A stretch of DNA of 64,000 nucleotides from Macrostomum lignano (Eukaryota), in contig NIVC01002498.1 in NCBI GenBank assembly GCA_002269645.1, positions 104,244-168,243 on the forward strand, written 5' to 3'. Both the position numbers and the translations under genes were made by a program. Position 1 is the stretch's first letter. Each line of letters starts with the position of its first letter. Of this stretch, positions 11,326 to 25,700 are shown piece after piece. Below the pieces are notes generated by a model that worked only from the letters and a program-made list of their open reading frames with translations, did not search any database and was not told the DNA's origin.

Positions 11326-12428
11326 CAACTCAGCAATGATTTTGCATTTACTATTGCTGACTTAGTTTCATGTTGCCATATTCTATCTAGATAAGCTATA
11401 GGCATGGTTATTTTATATACTAGCATGTGGTACACCTATGTCTTTGCTTACATTTTTATCAACTGCTTTTGTCTTCTACTCACCCTTTTGATCAAAGAAA
11501 TTCATTTTTATTAATCAAATACAGATTTAACTATGCACTGGGGTAGTGGATTATATAAGGCCTCTCATATTTCAATTTCAAGGCCTTAGTTTAGGTTTCA
11601 GCAATGTCATTATATTCAGATTTTTTTAATCATTGTTATTCAGATAGGTGTTATTATATTTTTATTTATTTTCTGTATGATTATAATTCAATTTATCTTT
11701 TTATCCAATGCTGTAGTGCAGGCGCTACATATTTGAGTTTTTTTGTTTTGTGGCAATCTTTTTTAAAGTAACATTGTTTTACATTTTTCCTAATTCAATT
11801 AATAATTCTATTATAAATTATAATTTATAGGGTTCAAAAAATGTGTATGCAAATTCTACTGATGCTCTGTATGTTTTAGTTGTTGTTTTATCTGCTATTT
11901 AAAGTTGATTAAACAATTAACATCTGTATTATCCTGATTATTTGCTTTTAAATAAACATGAATGTTTGATTGTTATTATTAACTATTAAGCATTGGTATT
12001 CAAGCCCATGATTTTCTGATGCTGTGTTTGAAATTTTTATGCACAGATACTTAAAAGTTTTTGTTTGTTTCATTTTATTTAAACTGACCTGGCAAATCAT
12101 TGTTGAATGAGTTTTAAGCTGAATTTCTCAAAAACAACTTACCAGATTGCTTAAGCTTATCATTTTTATTTTTCTATATCTGAAAACCATAAGACTACTG
12201 GCTATTCACATACAGTAGTATAACTGTGCTCATTAAAAACTTTTGTTGTTTTAATCTATACAGCGTTAGGCTATTCACGTGAAGTGTATCTTCTCCTGTT
12301 TAATACTCATGATGGCATTTAAACATCATTTATTTTCATTCTGGGTTTGTATAGGAATTTTTCTTTTTGCATGGGCAGGTGCTGGTGTACATGGAAATCT
12401 CTCTCTTTGGGCAAGCGCCGCCATGTTG

Positions 12429-13320
12429 TGTACATAGAATCTCTCTCATTGGACAGGCGTTGATGTACATAGAATCTCTCTCATTGGACAGGCGTTGATG
12501 TACATAGAATCTCTCTCATTGGACAGGCGTTGATGTACATAGAATCTCTCTCATTGGACAGGCGTTGATGTACATAGAATCTCTCTCATTGGACAGGCGT
12601 TGATGTACATAGAATCTCTCTCATTGGACAGGCGTTGATGTACATTGAAATCTCTCTCTTAGGACAGGCGTTGATGTACATTGAAATCTCTCTCTTAGGA
12701 CAGGCGTTGATGTACATTGAAATCTCTCTCTTAGGACAGGCGTTGATGTACATTGAAATCTCTCTCTTAGGACAGGCGTTGTGTACATACAAATCACTCT
12801 CATTGGACAGGCGTTGATGTACATTGAAATCTCTCTCTTAGGGCAGGCGTTGTGTACATACAAATCACTCTCATTGGACAGGCGTTGATGTGCATAGAAA
12901 TCTCTCTCTTAGGACAGGCGTTGATGTACATAGAATCTCTCTCATTGGACAGGCGTTGATGTACATTGAAATCTCTCTCTTAGGACAGGCGTTGATGTAC
13001 ATTGAAATCTCTCTCTTAGGACAGGCGTTGTGTACATACAAATCACTCTCATTGGACAGGCGTTGATGTACATTGAAATCTCTCTCTTAGGGCAGGCGTT
13101 GTGTACATACAAATCACTCTCATTGGACAGGCGTTGATGTACATTGAAATCTCTCTCTTAGGGCAGGCGTTGTGTACATACAAATCACTCTCATTGGACA
13201 GGCGTTGATGTACATTGAAATCTCTCTCTTAGGGCAGGCGTTGTGTACATACAAATCACTCTCATTGGACAGGCGTTGATGTACATTGAAATCTCTCTCT
13301 TAAGGCAGGCGTTGTGTACA
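12429..13320. repeat. ~35-37-bp minisatellite with interleaved variants
   Basis: Unit tgtacatagaatctctctcattggacaggcgttga. Confidence 0.95.
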
Positions 13321-13671
13321 TGTACTTCAGTATATCTCTTTGTCGTATTGTGTGACTTCGTAATTGTGCACAGTATAATCAATTGTTCTTATTGACTTGA
13401 CTGACAATTTCTTCATTTGAGCAGTGTGAGCCGTCTTCTTGCACCTGAATGGCATTCAGAATAAAAAAGAATCTCGCTGTGCTGCATCTGCAGGCGCCCT
13501 TCTGAGTTATCCATATAATAGATTATTCTCATTCATACAGATTCCCCTCTCTAGATCCCTAAGGATGTCATTCCGTTTGCATTAGCTGCTGGTGTCAGGG
13601 ACACAAGTTACTTTTGTGAGGCTCGTAAATGGATCGACGATTTGAATCGACGATAGCCTCCAGCCTAGTGA

Positions 13672-13975
13672 AGGGGATGAAAGGACAATAAAGGGGATGG
13701 GAGGATAATGAAGGGGACGGGAGGACAATGAAGGGGATGGGAGGATAATGAAGGGGACGGGAGGACAATGAAGGGGATGGGAGGACAATAAAGCGGATGG
13801 GAGGACAATGAAAGGGATGGGAGGACAATAAAGCGGATGGGAGGACAATGAAGGGGATGGGAGGACAATGAAGGGGATGGGAGGACAATGAAGGGGATGG
13901 GAGGACAATGAAGCGGATGGGAGGACAATGAAGAGGATGGGAGGACAATGAAGAGGATGGGAGGACAATGAAGAT
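13672..13975. repeat. 20-bp purine-rich minisatellite
   Basis: Unit gaggacaatgaaggggatgg. Confidence 0.9.
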
Positions 13976-14315
13976 TCTCAGAAAAAGGAACGTTTGAGAA
14001 GATAATGAACGAAATACGAGGTCAAACTACGGGGCTGGGGGGTCAGAGTCGGGTTGTATGGAAACACGTGAAATGAGCACTTTCTGGTGAGTGAGGGAGA
14101 GGCGAGATAAAAAAACTGAAAATCAGGAATCTTACATAAAAATGAAATTGAATTGCTCATACTAATTGAAGCGGAGAGGGCAGAGGCCGTAAAGTGGCGG
14201 AGAGACAGACAGGTAATTGGAGTGAAGAAGGCGGCCCAGCTGCTCTGTGATTGGCGGAGCACCTGAGCAATGGCTGAGTAGCTCTCTGAGCAGTCAGTTT
14301 AATTACTTAAGCTGC

Positions 14316-17300
14316 ATGGCCTTGGCCCAGCCAGCAGCTCCATCAACTCATCAAGCTAGCAGTTCTCAAACAGAGGCAGCATCCAATCGAAGCTTCATCA
14401 TGTCTGAACGCGCCGCAGCCAGCAACAGCCTGCAGTTGTGCGAACGCAACGAGAGCGTCATTAGCAACGGGTCGTTTAATTCGTACGAGTTGAGCGTCGG
14501 CCCGGTCGGCACGGAGGGCTCGGGCTCGCCACTGATGCCAAGTCCCGGTGAGAGAACTTTGCAACCGTGACTGGCGGCTGAGTTGGCGTGGGAATGGACT
14601 TTGAGTCAAATTTTGCCACTTTCAGATGACACTCTTCCCTGTCTGATCATATCGCGGATGGAGGTGAAGTTGCTCTTTTATGACCTACGAGTCTGTATCT
14701 ACTGGTGCTGGGTGGGAGCGCTGTTGGGGGGCACTGCTAGGGGCACTGTTTTGGGGGCACTGTTCAGGGGCACTGTTCGAGGGCACTGTTTTGGGGGCAT
14801 TGTTTGGGGGCACTGTTCGGGGGCACTGTTCGGGGGCATTGTTCGAGGGCACTGTTCGAGGGCACTGTTCGGGGAAACTGTTCAGGGGCACTGTTAGGGT
14901 GGAGCACTGTTCGGGGGCACTGTTAGGGGGGAGCACTGTTCGGGGCACTGTTAGGGGGGAGCACTGTTCGGGGGCACTGTTAAGGGGGAGCACTGTTCGG
15001 GGCACTGTTAGGGGGGAGCACTGTTCGGGGGCACTGTTAGGGGGGAGCACTGTTCGGGGGCACTGTTAGGGGGGAGCACTGTTCGGGGCACTGTTAGGGG
15101 GCACTGTTCGGGGGAAACTGTTGGGAAGTACTATTAAGTGATTCACTCAGGCTCATGCTTAATTCTGCATAATGCATAATTCTCATCCCTGACTATGCCA
15201 TCTGCGAATTGGCAGAAAATTCCATTGAAGGATTTCAGCAGCGAGGTTCGCGCCAACCTGGACATCGAGCGCTTCTTGAAGGAGGCGACGCTGCTGCTGG
15301 ATGTGGAGGCGGACAACGCCGAGGCCATCGTTTGTCGAATGCTGCAGGCTGTGTTCCGTGCTGAGCGACAGGCCGCATCTTCGGGCACGTCAGCTGCGGC
15401 TTCTTGCGACCCGGCCGAGGACCCGGCCGAGTCCTGGGTGGACAGCCGCGTCCAGGAGGCCATGCGGGCGCTGTTTCTGCGGGTGGGATGGATGGAGTTG
15501 AGCTGTGAGTGAGGCTGGGCTAGATGAAGCTGTGAGTGAGGCTGGGCTGGATGGAGCTGTGAGTGAGGCTGGGCTAGATGGAGCTGTGAGTGAGGCTGGG
15601 CTAGATGGAGCTGTGAGTGAGGCTGGGCTAGATGAAGCTGTGGGTGAGTCTGGGCTAGATGGAGCTGAGCTGTGAGTGAGGCTGGGCAGGATGGAGCCGT
15701 GAGTGAGGCTGGGCTAGATGGAGCTGTGAGTGAGGCTGGGCTAGATGGAGCTGTGAGTGAGTCTGGGCTAGATGGAGCTGTGAGTGAGGCTGGGCTAGAT
15801 GGAGCTGAGTGAGTCTGGGCTAGATGTAGCTGTGAGTGAGTCTGAGCTGGATGGAGCTGAGCTGTGAGTGAGGCTGGGCAGGATGGAGCCGTGAGTGAGG
15901 CTGAGCTGGATGAAGCTGAGCTGTGAGTGAGGCTGGGCAGGATGGAGCCGTGAGTGAGGCTGAGCTGTGAGTGAGGCTGGGCTGGATGGAGCAAACTAGT
16001 TTGCCAGCTGTACAAAGAACATTACTGTACTACAAAATATTTGCATCTTGCCCGAAAGCCTGGTGAGACCTCGGGCACCTGTTGTGAATAAAAAGGCCAG
16101 GTGTTTTTCTAGCATAGTTGTTTTTTTATTTCGTCAACAATCGCGGTTTTAGAGTAAGAGAGTAAATCACCATTTTTTAGTCAAGCCTTTGATCAGAGCC
16201 AGTATAAAGCTTTTGTGTCGCTCAGTGGCAGTATGCCGGATGTTCAAACAGATTTTTAAACAAGGGCGTTTCCAGCTACTCAATCCATCTGACTGTTTCG
16301 TGGTTTTTTGTTTTATTTTAGTGCTCAAAGTTTTTGTAATTTCTATTCTAGTACATAATTAGAATATGAATTACTAGTTATGTTAAGATCGGTTTGGGAT
16401 CAGATGGTGCCGGGGCTGGGAGTGAGGTGGGTGTCGGGACTGGTAGTGAGGTGGGTGTCGGGGCTGGGAGTGAGGTGGGTGTCGGGACTGGTAGTGAGGT
16501 GGGTGTCGGGGCTGGGAGTGAGGTGGGTGTTGGGGCTGGGAGTGAGGTGGGTGTCGGGGCTGGGAGTGAGGTGGGTGTCGGGGCTGGGAGTGAGGTGGGT
16601 GTCTGGGCTGGGAGTGAGGTGAGTGTCTGGGCTGGGAGTGAGGTGGGTGTTGGGGCTGGGAATGAGGTGGGTGTCTGGGCTGGGAGTGAGGTGGGTGTCG
16701 GGGCTGGGATTGAGGTGGGTGTCGTGTCTGGGAGTGAGGTGGGTGTCGGAGCTGGGAGTGAGGTGAGTGTCGGGACTGATACTGAGGTGGGTGTCGTAGA
16801 ACTTGGTGAGTTGGGCCTCGAAGTCCGAAAGGCGTCAAATTATAATAATCCATCCTTATCTCTCTACTGATTTATCATTGCAGACCAGCGCTTGGCCAAG
16901 ACGATCAGAAGTGTATCAATTCTTGATAACGACGGCTTAAAGACTGATAACAGCTGGCTGTGCACCATGTGAGCTCGTGGAAGAGTCTTTTAGAGCATTT
17001 AAAAAGACTCAACAAGATAGAAAAATACTCGATTTCCAAAATCTCTAGTAGAAGAAATTCGATAGTCTTCTTTATCTAAGGAAAATAATGAATCTGAAAA
17101 GAAGTCAAAGGTTTGCGTGACATTAAGCAGAATAAAATTAGTCACGGATTCAACCGATCTGGGCAATAATTTGAGCAGGATATTACATTTCATCCAGTGA
17201 GGCACCGGTCCCACCGCAGTCTGTGCTCGATAGGAAAATAGCAACAGTGCCATTTGATATCTGAAGTCCCACCGGCAGTGGATTAGGAATCTTGCTTTTA

Positions 17301-20300
17301 ATCTTCAGTGTGGTATTAAAGATTCACTGGAAGCCTTGCATCTAGAATTTCAATTGCTAAATTGTAAATGGATGAATGGATTTCATCTGCCTAGGCTAGT
17401 GTATTCTAAGGATGTCTAGCTCTAGCCAAGCCCTGTCTAACACTAGCCAATCCCTGTCTAACACTAGCCAAGCCCTGTCTAACACCGCAGGTGCTCACTG
17501 AGAGATCTGAACAAGCGCCACGTGGCCATCGCTCGGCTCCGCAGTCCGGTGAACTTGGGCCGCGACTCCGAAGGCGTCAACTTCGTCCTGCTCGTCCTGA
17601 CGCCCACAAAGGAGGTGCGGAAAGACCCCAGTTAGAAAATAATGAACACTTCAGAAAAGTTTCAGAAACAATCTTTCCAAGTTTTCTCTTTGTAGAAAGG
17701 TACAAAGAATGACATCGAGCTTGGCCGAACGTTCGCCAGCATCCTAGTCGACGCCGAGCTCCGCCGCCGGCTGCTGCACGCCCAGTCGGAGCGCGAGTTC
17801 ACCCAGCTGCTGCAGGTTCAGGCGCGCGACCTGCGCGAAGAACAGCGCGCTTGTAAGCGCAGAAGTCTGCGCGCCCAGGATTTTATGACTGAGACGTTTA
17901 ACTATGTGAGCGATGGGGGTGTGGGCCGTCCAGAATGTACATAGGAGAACCATTGACTCCACCCAGAATGTACATAGGAGAACCATTGGCTCCACCCAGA
18001 ATGTACATAGGAGAACCATTGACTCTGCCCAGGATGTACATAGGAGAACCATTGACTCTGCCCAAAATGTACATAGGAGAACCATTGACTCTGCCCAGGA
18101 TGTACATAGGAGATCCATTGACTCTGCCCAGGATGTACATAGGAGAACCATTGACTCCACCCAGAATGTACATAGGAGAACCATTGACTCTGCCCAGGAT
18201 GTACATAGGAGAATCATTGACTCTGCCCACAATGTACATAGGAGAACCATTGACTCTGCCCAGGATGTACATAGGAGAACCATTGACTCTGCCCACAATG
18301 TACATAGGAGAACCATTGACTCTGCCCAGGATGTACATAGGAGAATCATTGACTCTGCCCACAATGTACATAGGAGAACCATTGACTCTGCCCAGGATGT
18401 ACATAGGAGAACCATTGACTCCACCCAGAATGTACATAGGAGAACCATTGACTCTGCCCACAATGTACATAGGAGAACCATTGACTCTGCCCACAATGTA
18501 CATAGGAGAACCATTGACTCTGCCCACAATGTACATAGGAGAACCATTGACTCTGCCCAGGATGTACATAGGAGAACCATTGACTCTGCCCACAATGTAC
18601 ATAGGAGAACCATTGACTCTGCCCAGGATGTACATAGGAGAACCATTGACTCCGCCCACAATGTAACATTGGAGAATCATTGACTCCACCCAGAATGTGC
18701 ATAGGAGAATCACTGACTCCGCACAGAATGTACATTGGAAAATATCTGACTCTCACAGTGTGTACAATCGAGAATGATCTGATCATTAAGTTTGAATTGA
18801 ATGTACATTCATCAAACCAAGAAGAGAGCATCCTGCACCGAGTAACCGGGTGAAGTGCACTTTCAGGACAGCACTTGGCTCCTGTGCAACGGCATCAGGG
18901 CTGATCTCAAACGGCGATTTCCCCACTATCTGTCCGACTTCGCCGATGGTAAAGAATGAATAAATTTTACGATATTTTAAATCAATCTTGTCTATGTTGA
19001 GTCTGAACCGCACTTTTTAAATTGCAGGTTTCCGAGGCCCCAAAACGCTAAATAAAGTGGCGAGCACGATCGTGTTTTTGTACTTTGCATGCCTGATGCC
19101 CTGCATCGCTTTCGGAGTGCTGAACAGCCGGCAGACTGGGGGAGCGCTGAGTGAGAGCCGTTTAGCATCGGCTGTAATTTATACTTTATTCCTGCCTGCC
19201 GCGCTCAGCCAATCAGAGAGAACCTGAGACCCCTCTCTACTTCCCTCCCCGCGATCAGCCAATCAGAGATAACATTAGACCCCTCTCTACTTCCCTCCCT
19301 ACGCTCAGCCAATCAGAAAGAACCTGAGGCCTCATAATTGAATTTATTACTCATTCCTAAATTTCTTTTAATTTAACCCGATCTCGTAGCGGTGGAGCAC
19401 GTGATTTTGTCCCAGTGCATCGGCGGCGTCGCCTTCGCCCTGATTGGCGGTCAACCTTTGATCGTGCCGCTGACGACGGCACCGATTGCCCTCTACACGC
19501 GCAGTGAGTCTGAAGGATTGGGTATGGGGTGCAGGACAGGGTGTGGGATGGAGGGCTTGGTTTTGGATGGCGGACTGGGTGTGGGGTGCAGGACAGGGTG
19601 TGGGGTGCAGGACAGGGTGTGGGGTGCAGGTCAGGGTGTGGGGTGAAGGACTGGGTGTGGGGTGCAGGTCAGGGTGTGGGGTGCAGGACTGGGTGTGGGA
19701 TGGAGGACTGGGTGTGGGGTGCAGGACTGGGTGTGGGGTGCAGGACTGGGTGTGGGGTGCAGGACTGGGTGTGGGGTGCAGGACTGGGTGTGGGGTGCAG
19801 AACTGGATGTGGGGTGCAGGACAGGGTGTGGGGTGCAGAACTGGATGTGGGATGGAGGACTGGGTGTGGGATGGAGGACTAGGTGTGGGGTGCAGGACTG
19901 GGTGTGGGGTGCAGGACTGGGTGTGGGGTGCAGGACTGGGTGTGGAGTGCAAGACTGAGTGGGGGATTGTGGATTGGTGTGGGGTGCGGGACTGGGTGTG
20001 GGATGGAGGACTGGGTGTGGGGTGCAGGACTGGGTGTGGGATGGAGGACTGGGTGTGAGGTGAGGACTGTGTGTGAGGTGAGGACTGGGTGTGAGGTGAG
20101 GACTGGGTGTGAGCTGCAGGACTGGGTGTGGGGTGCAGGACAGGGTGTGGGGTGCAGGACTGGGTGTGGGGCGCAAGACTGAGTGGGGGATTGTGGATTG
20201 GTGTGGGTGCAGGACTGGGTGTGGGATGGAGGACTGGATGTGGGTGCAGGACTGGGTGTGGGGTGAGGACTGGGTGTGGGGTGAGGACTGGGTGTGGGGC

Positions 20301-22210
20301 GAGAACTGGGTGTGGGGTGAGGACTGTATGTGGCAAAGGTGGCAAGGCCAGCCCACCCCAATTCCCCACACAGTAATATTCGAGCTGAGCCAGTCCTTTG
20401 AGGTGGACTTCCTGGCGCTGTACGGCTGGGTCGGTCTGTTCAACTCCCTGCTGCTGGTGGCCTTCGCGATGTGCGACCTGAGCAAGTTGATGCGGTGGTC
20501 CACTCGCAGCACCGAGGAGATCTTCGCCATTTTTGTGGCCATCACCTTCACGGTGGAGGCGGTGAAGAGCATCTGGTACAGTGAGTTCGGGTGGTCTTTT
20601 GTGTGTTCTTTGCCATGGCTTCACCTTGTCTAATGTGCAATTGGCCTTATTGCATGTGTACTGAACTGTACATGATCCGGTGTCTAATGTGCAATCATGT
20701 ATTCTATTGAATGTGTACTGAACTGCACATGATCCGGTGTCTAATGTGCAATCATGTATTCTATTGAATGTGTACTGAACTGTACATGATCCGGTGTCTA
20801 ATGTGCAATCATGTATTCTATTGAATGTGTACTGAACTGTACATGATCCGGTGTCTAATGTGCAATCATGTATTCTATTGAATGTGTACTGAACTGTACA
20901 TGATCCGGTGTCTAATGTGCAATCATGTATTCTATTGAATGTGTACTGAACTGTACATGATCCGGTGTCTAATGTGCAATCATGTATTCTATTGAATGTG
21001 TACTGAACTGTACATGATCCGGTGTCTAATGTGCAATCATGTATTCTATTGAATGTGTACTGAACTGTACATGATCCGGTGTCTAATGTGCAATCATGTA
21101 TTCTATTGAATGTGTACTGAACTGTACATGATCCGGTGTCTAATGTGCAATCATGTATTCTATTGAATGTGTACTGAACTGTACATGATCCGGTGTCTAA
21201 TGTGCAATCATGTATTCTATTGAATGTGTACTGAACTGCACATGATCCGGTGTCTAATGTGCAATCATGTATTCTATTGAATGTGTACTGAACTGTACAT
21301 GATCCGGTGTCTAATGTGCAATCATGTATTCTATTGAATGTGTACTGAACTGTACATGATCCGGTGTCTAATGTGCAATCATGTATTGTATTGAATGTGT
21401 ACTGAATTGTACATGATCCGGTGTCTAATGTGCAATCATGTATTGTATTGAATGTGTACTGAATTGTACATGATCCGGTGTCTAATGTGCAATCATGTAT
21501 TGTATTGAATGTGTACTGAATTGTACATGATCCGGTGTCTAATGTGCAATCATGTATTCTATTGAATGTGTACTGAACTGCACATGATCCGGTGTCTAAT
21601 GTGCAATCATGTATTGTATTGAATGTGTACTGAACTGTACATGATCCGGTGTCTAATGTGCAATCATGTATTCTATTGAATGTGTACTGAATTGTACATG
21701 ATCCGGTGTCTAATGTGCAATCATGTATTGTATTGAATGTGTACTGAATTGTACATGATTCGGTGTCTAATGTGCAATCATGTATTCTATTGAATGTGTA
21801 CTGAATTGTACATTATCCTGTCTAATAGGCACTAATGTGTCTAAAAATTACTTTTGAGAATTTTTGCAGAAAATATCTGTTTTACACATTTTTAGCATAT
21901 TAGATCTACGAAAGCGAGATATTTGCCAGCGGGAGAAAAACAGAAATAGCAATTTCAACCAATCGTAAAGGAATTAATTAAGCTGCGTTAATCTGCGAGC
22001 GCATCTGTCGGTCAGATCCCGACTGAATCTTAGATTGGGCGGCCAGCAACAGATTCTGGGCACATCTGGGCTTCCATCTGTCTCAGAAAGGCAAATAATT
22101 ATGAGCACTCACGGGCCCGCCTTGCCGTGCGGGATGGGGTGGCGCTGTGGCTGCGCGGGAATTCTTCATCTCTAAGAAATTCATTTTCTACGCTGTGACT
22201 CAAAGCGGTC

Positions 22211-22246
<36 letters not shown>

Positions 22247-22270
22247 TGACAGACAGACAGACAGACACTA

Positions 22271-22319
<49 letters not shown>

Positions 22320-22458
22320 CTAAGACACTAAGACACTAAGACACTAAGACACTAAGACAGACAGACAGACAGACAGACACACTAAGACACTAAGACAGAC
22401 AGACAGACAGACAGACACACTAAGACAGAAAGACACACTAAGACAGACAGACACACTA

Positions 22459-22519
<61 letters not shown>

Positions 22520-22522
22520 CTA

Positions 22523-22559
<37 letters not shown>

Positions 22560-22582
22560 CTAAGACAGACAGACAGACACTA

Positions 22583-22619
<37 letters not shown>

Positions 22620-22622
22620 CTA

Positions 22623-22706
<84 letters not shown>

Positions 22707-22708
22707 TA

Positions 22709-22742
<34 letters not shown>

Positions 22743-25700
22743 TAATCAAATAGGCTACCCTATTGCCTATTTACAATCAGCATTTCAGACTTACTACTGC
22801 GACCCCTCGGTAGTTCCGACGGCCTCGAGGCCAACTTCATGGGGCAGCAATGCGTCTTCCGACGAGCAACCGTCAGCAACCGTCTGCCAGCGGGACAGCA
22901 GCATCCTGTACCTGCTGCTCTGCCTGGGCACCGTGTTTCTGGCCATGTACCTGCTCAATTTTACCGAGACGTGAGTTATCTTCGGCCATTATCTAAGACT
23001 GTACATTTAGGGATCACGTGACCATGTCTAAGACTGTACATTTAGGGATCACGTGACCATGTTTAAGACTGTACATTTAAGGATCACGTGACCATGTCTA
23101 AGACTGTACATTTAGGGATCACGTGACCATGTCTAAGACTGTAAATTTAGGGTTCACGTGACCATGTCTAAGACTGTAAATTTAGGGATCACGTGACCAT
23201 GTCTAAGACTTACACTGTAAGACATGATGTACAGGTAAGAGTAATATTTCTCGAAAAGCAGAATATTAGGAGCCACGTGAAAGCCTATTAATTAACCTGA
23301 CTAATTATTCAGGCCTTACCTGAACCGGGCGAAACGCGAAGCGATGGCGGACTTCTCAATACCCGTGGCAGTCTTGGCGATGTCTGTTCTGGGCACCTGG
23401 CTTTTTGAAGATGTAGCTTGTAAGATGTTCGATTGTATGACATAATTTTGCTGCAGTACCAACGCTTTGCTCTCTAGGATGTGTAGTGAAACACCAAGTA
23501 CTCACTATCAACGCCAGGAAACTGAATTTATACCCCGGAAAAGCTTCGTCACTCTTTGGGTTCTTATTATCCGCCCTCACACTGAGAGATTCCACCGGTC
23601 ACTCCTAAAATTCCATATCTGTCACTCCTTAGATTCAATTGTCACTCCTTAGATCCAAATTGTCACTCCTTAGGTTCAAACTAGCACTCTTAGATTCAAA
23701 TTGTCACTCATCTGATTTCAATTGTCACTCCTTTGGTTCAATTTGTCATCCTTAGAATTTTAATTGTCACTCCTTTGGTTCAATTTGTCATCCTTAGAAT
23801 TTTAATTGTCACTCCTTGTAATTTTAATTTTCCCTCGTTCGACTCAAAATTGTCGCTCCATCGACTCAAAATTGTCACTCCATCGACTCAAAAATGTCAC
23901 TCCATCGACTCAAAATTGTCACTCCATCGACTCAAAATTGTCACTCCATCGACTCAAAATTATCACTCCATCGACTCAAAATTGTCACTCCATCGACTCA
24001 AAATTGTCACTCCATCGACTCAAAATTGTCACTCCATCGACTCAAAATTGTCACTCCATCGACTCAAAATTGTCACCACTTCGACGTGCTCACAGTGGAA
24101 GGCTTCACCTGTCAGCCGAGCGTACGTCTCGAGCTCACGGTTGCTAGGCAGTTGTCAGGGCCCGGCATTGCGGCGGCCCTGGGCCTGGCGGTGCCGCTGG
24201 CTGTGCTGTGCTTCATGGACCAGAGCATCAGCTCGGCCACCGTCAACTGCCCTGCCAACAGGTGAGCCGGATGGAGTGGGACATGCTGTCTCCACTGCTC
24301 GTAACCCAATACTCTTCTGCTGTTGCTGTCGATGGCGGGTCCATTGATTTGGCTCCACTGAGGTATAACTTTGACTTTTTTTATCGAACCTCTGCCCACT
24401 TTGCCTTCTTTTGTCTGCAAATTCTCTTTGACTTTTTACATCCCCCCCCCTATCTTTCACTCTGTAAGAAGCCTCTTGCCATCGATCTCTGTTCGCTCTC
24501 TCATGTCTGCCTCTCTCATCTGCCTTCTCCTGTCTCTCCTTTCTGTTCTCTCTCCCCTCTCCTCTCACCCTACTTCCTTCTCCATTCTCCCTTCTCGCCT
24601 CTCGCCTCTCTACTCTCCTCTCCCCTCTTCCCTCTCCCCTCTCTTCTCTCCTCTCCCATCTCCTCTCTCCTCTCTCCTCTCCTCTCACCCTACCTACTTC
24701 CTTCTCCATTCTCCCCTCTCGCCTCTCGTCTCTCTCCTCTCCTCTCACCCTACTTCCTTCTCCATTCTCCCTTCTCGCCTCTCGCCTCTCTACTCTCCTC
24801 TCCCCTCTCCCCTCTCCCCTCTAACCCTTCTCCCCTCTCTTCTCTCCTTCTCTATTCTCTTCCCTCTCCTCTCTTTTCTCTGCCATCTCTCCTTAGCTCC
24901 TATTCTTCTCCATTTTCATCTCTCTTTCCCTCACCTTCCTCATTATTAGATAAATGTCATTGGGTGATGCAATTACCCTGGTATTTCAATCATTACATGA
25001 AACCCATTACAAAATTCCCCAACGCTGGCCAGGCTGCAGAAGGGCTCGGCCTACCACTGGGACCTGCTGGTGATGGGCCTCATCAACGGCTGCCTGTCAC
25101 TGTGCGGCCTGCCGTGGCTGCTCGGCTCGCTGCCCCACTCGCCGCTGCACGTGACGGCGCTGGCCGATATTGAGGAGCGAATCGACCCCGGCCAGCAGCT
25201 CGTGCGGCAGACGTGAGTTGCCCCACATACCGATATGTATCGAAAATTGAGTTTTTTGATGACTGGAAAGGTAGTTAGATTCGAATTTCAACAAAAATAT
25301 CGACCTTAAGGTAATCATGCTTATCAATCTCACCTTTAACTAAAGAATCCCACCCTAAAGAGTCCCACCCTAAAGAATTCCACCCTAAAGAATTCCACCC
25401 TAAAGAATTCCACCCTAAAGGATCTCACCCCAAAGAGTCTCACCCCAAAGAGTCTCACCCCAAAGAGTCTCACCCCAAAGAGTCTCACCCCAAAGAGTCT
25501 CACCCCAAAGAGTCTCACCCCAAAGAGTCTCACTCCTTGTCTATCCCCAAAGAGTCTCACCCCAAAGAGTCTCACCCCAAAGAATCCCACCCTGAAGAAT
25601 CTCACTGTCGCGAACCCCTTGAACTGTCCGCCGTTTGCCCCTGCAGGGTTGTGCGAGTTCGAGAGACCCGCGTCACAGGCGCGGTGGCCAACGCCCTGAT

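Noticed and set aside
17744-18831. Long ORFs in many frames over the 33-bp repeat
   Set aside because: A stop-poor unit with length divisible by 3, lying inside an SLC4A11 intron.
24208-25173. Ser/Pro/Leu-rich 321-aa ORF
   Set aside because: A CT-rich intronic tract between two SLC4A11 exons.
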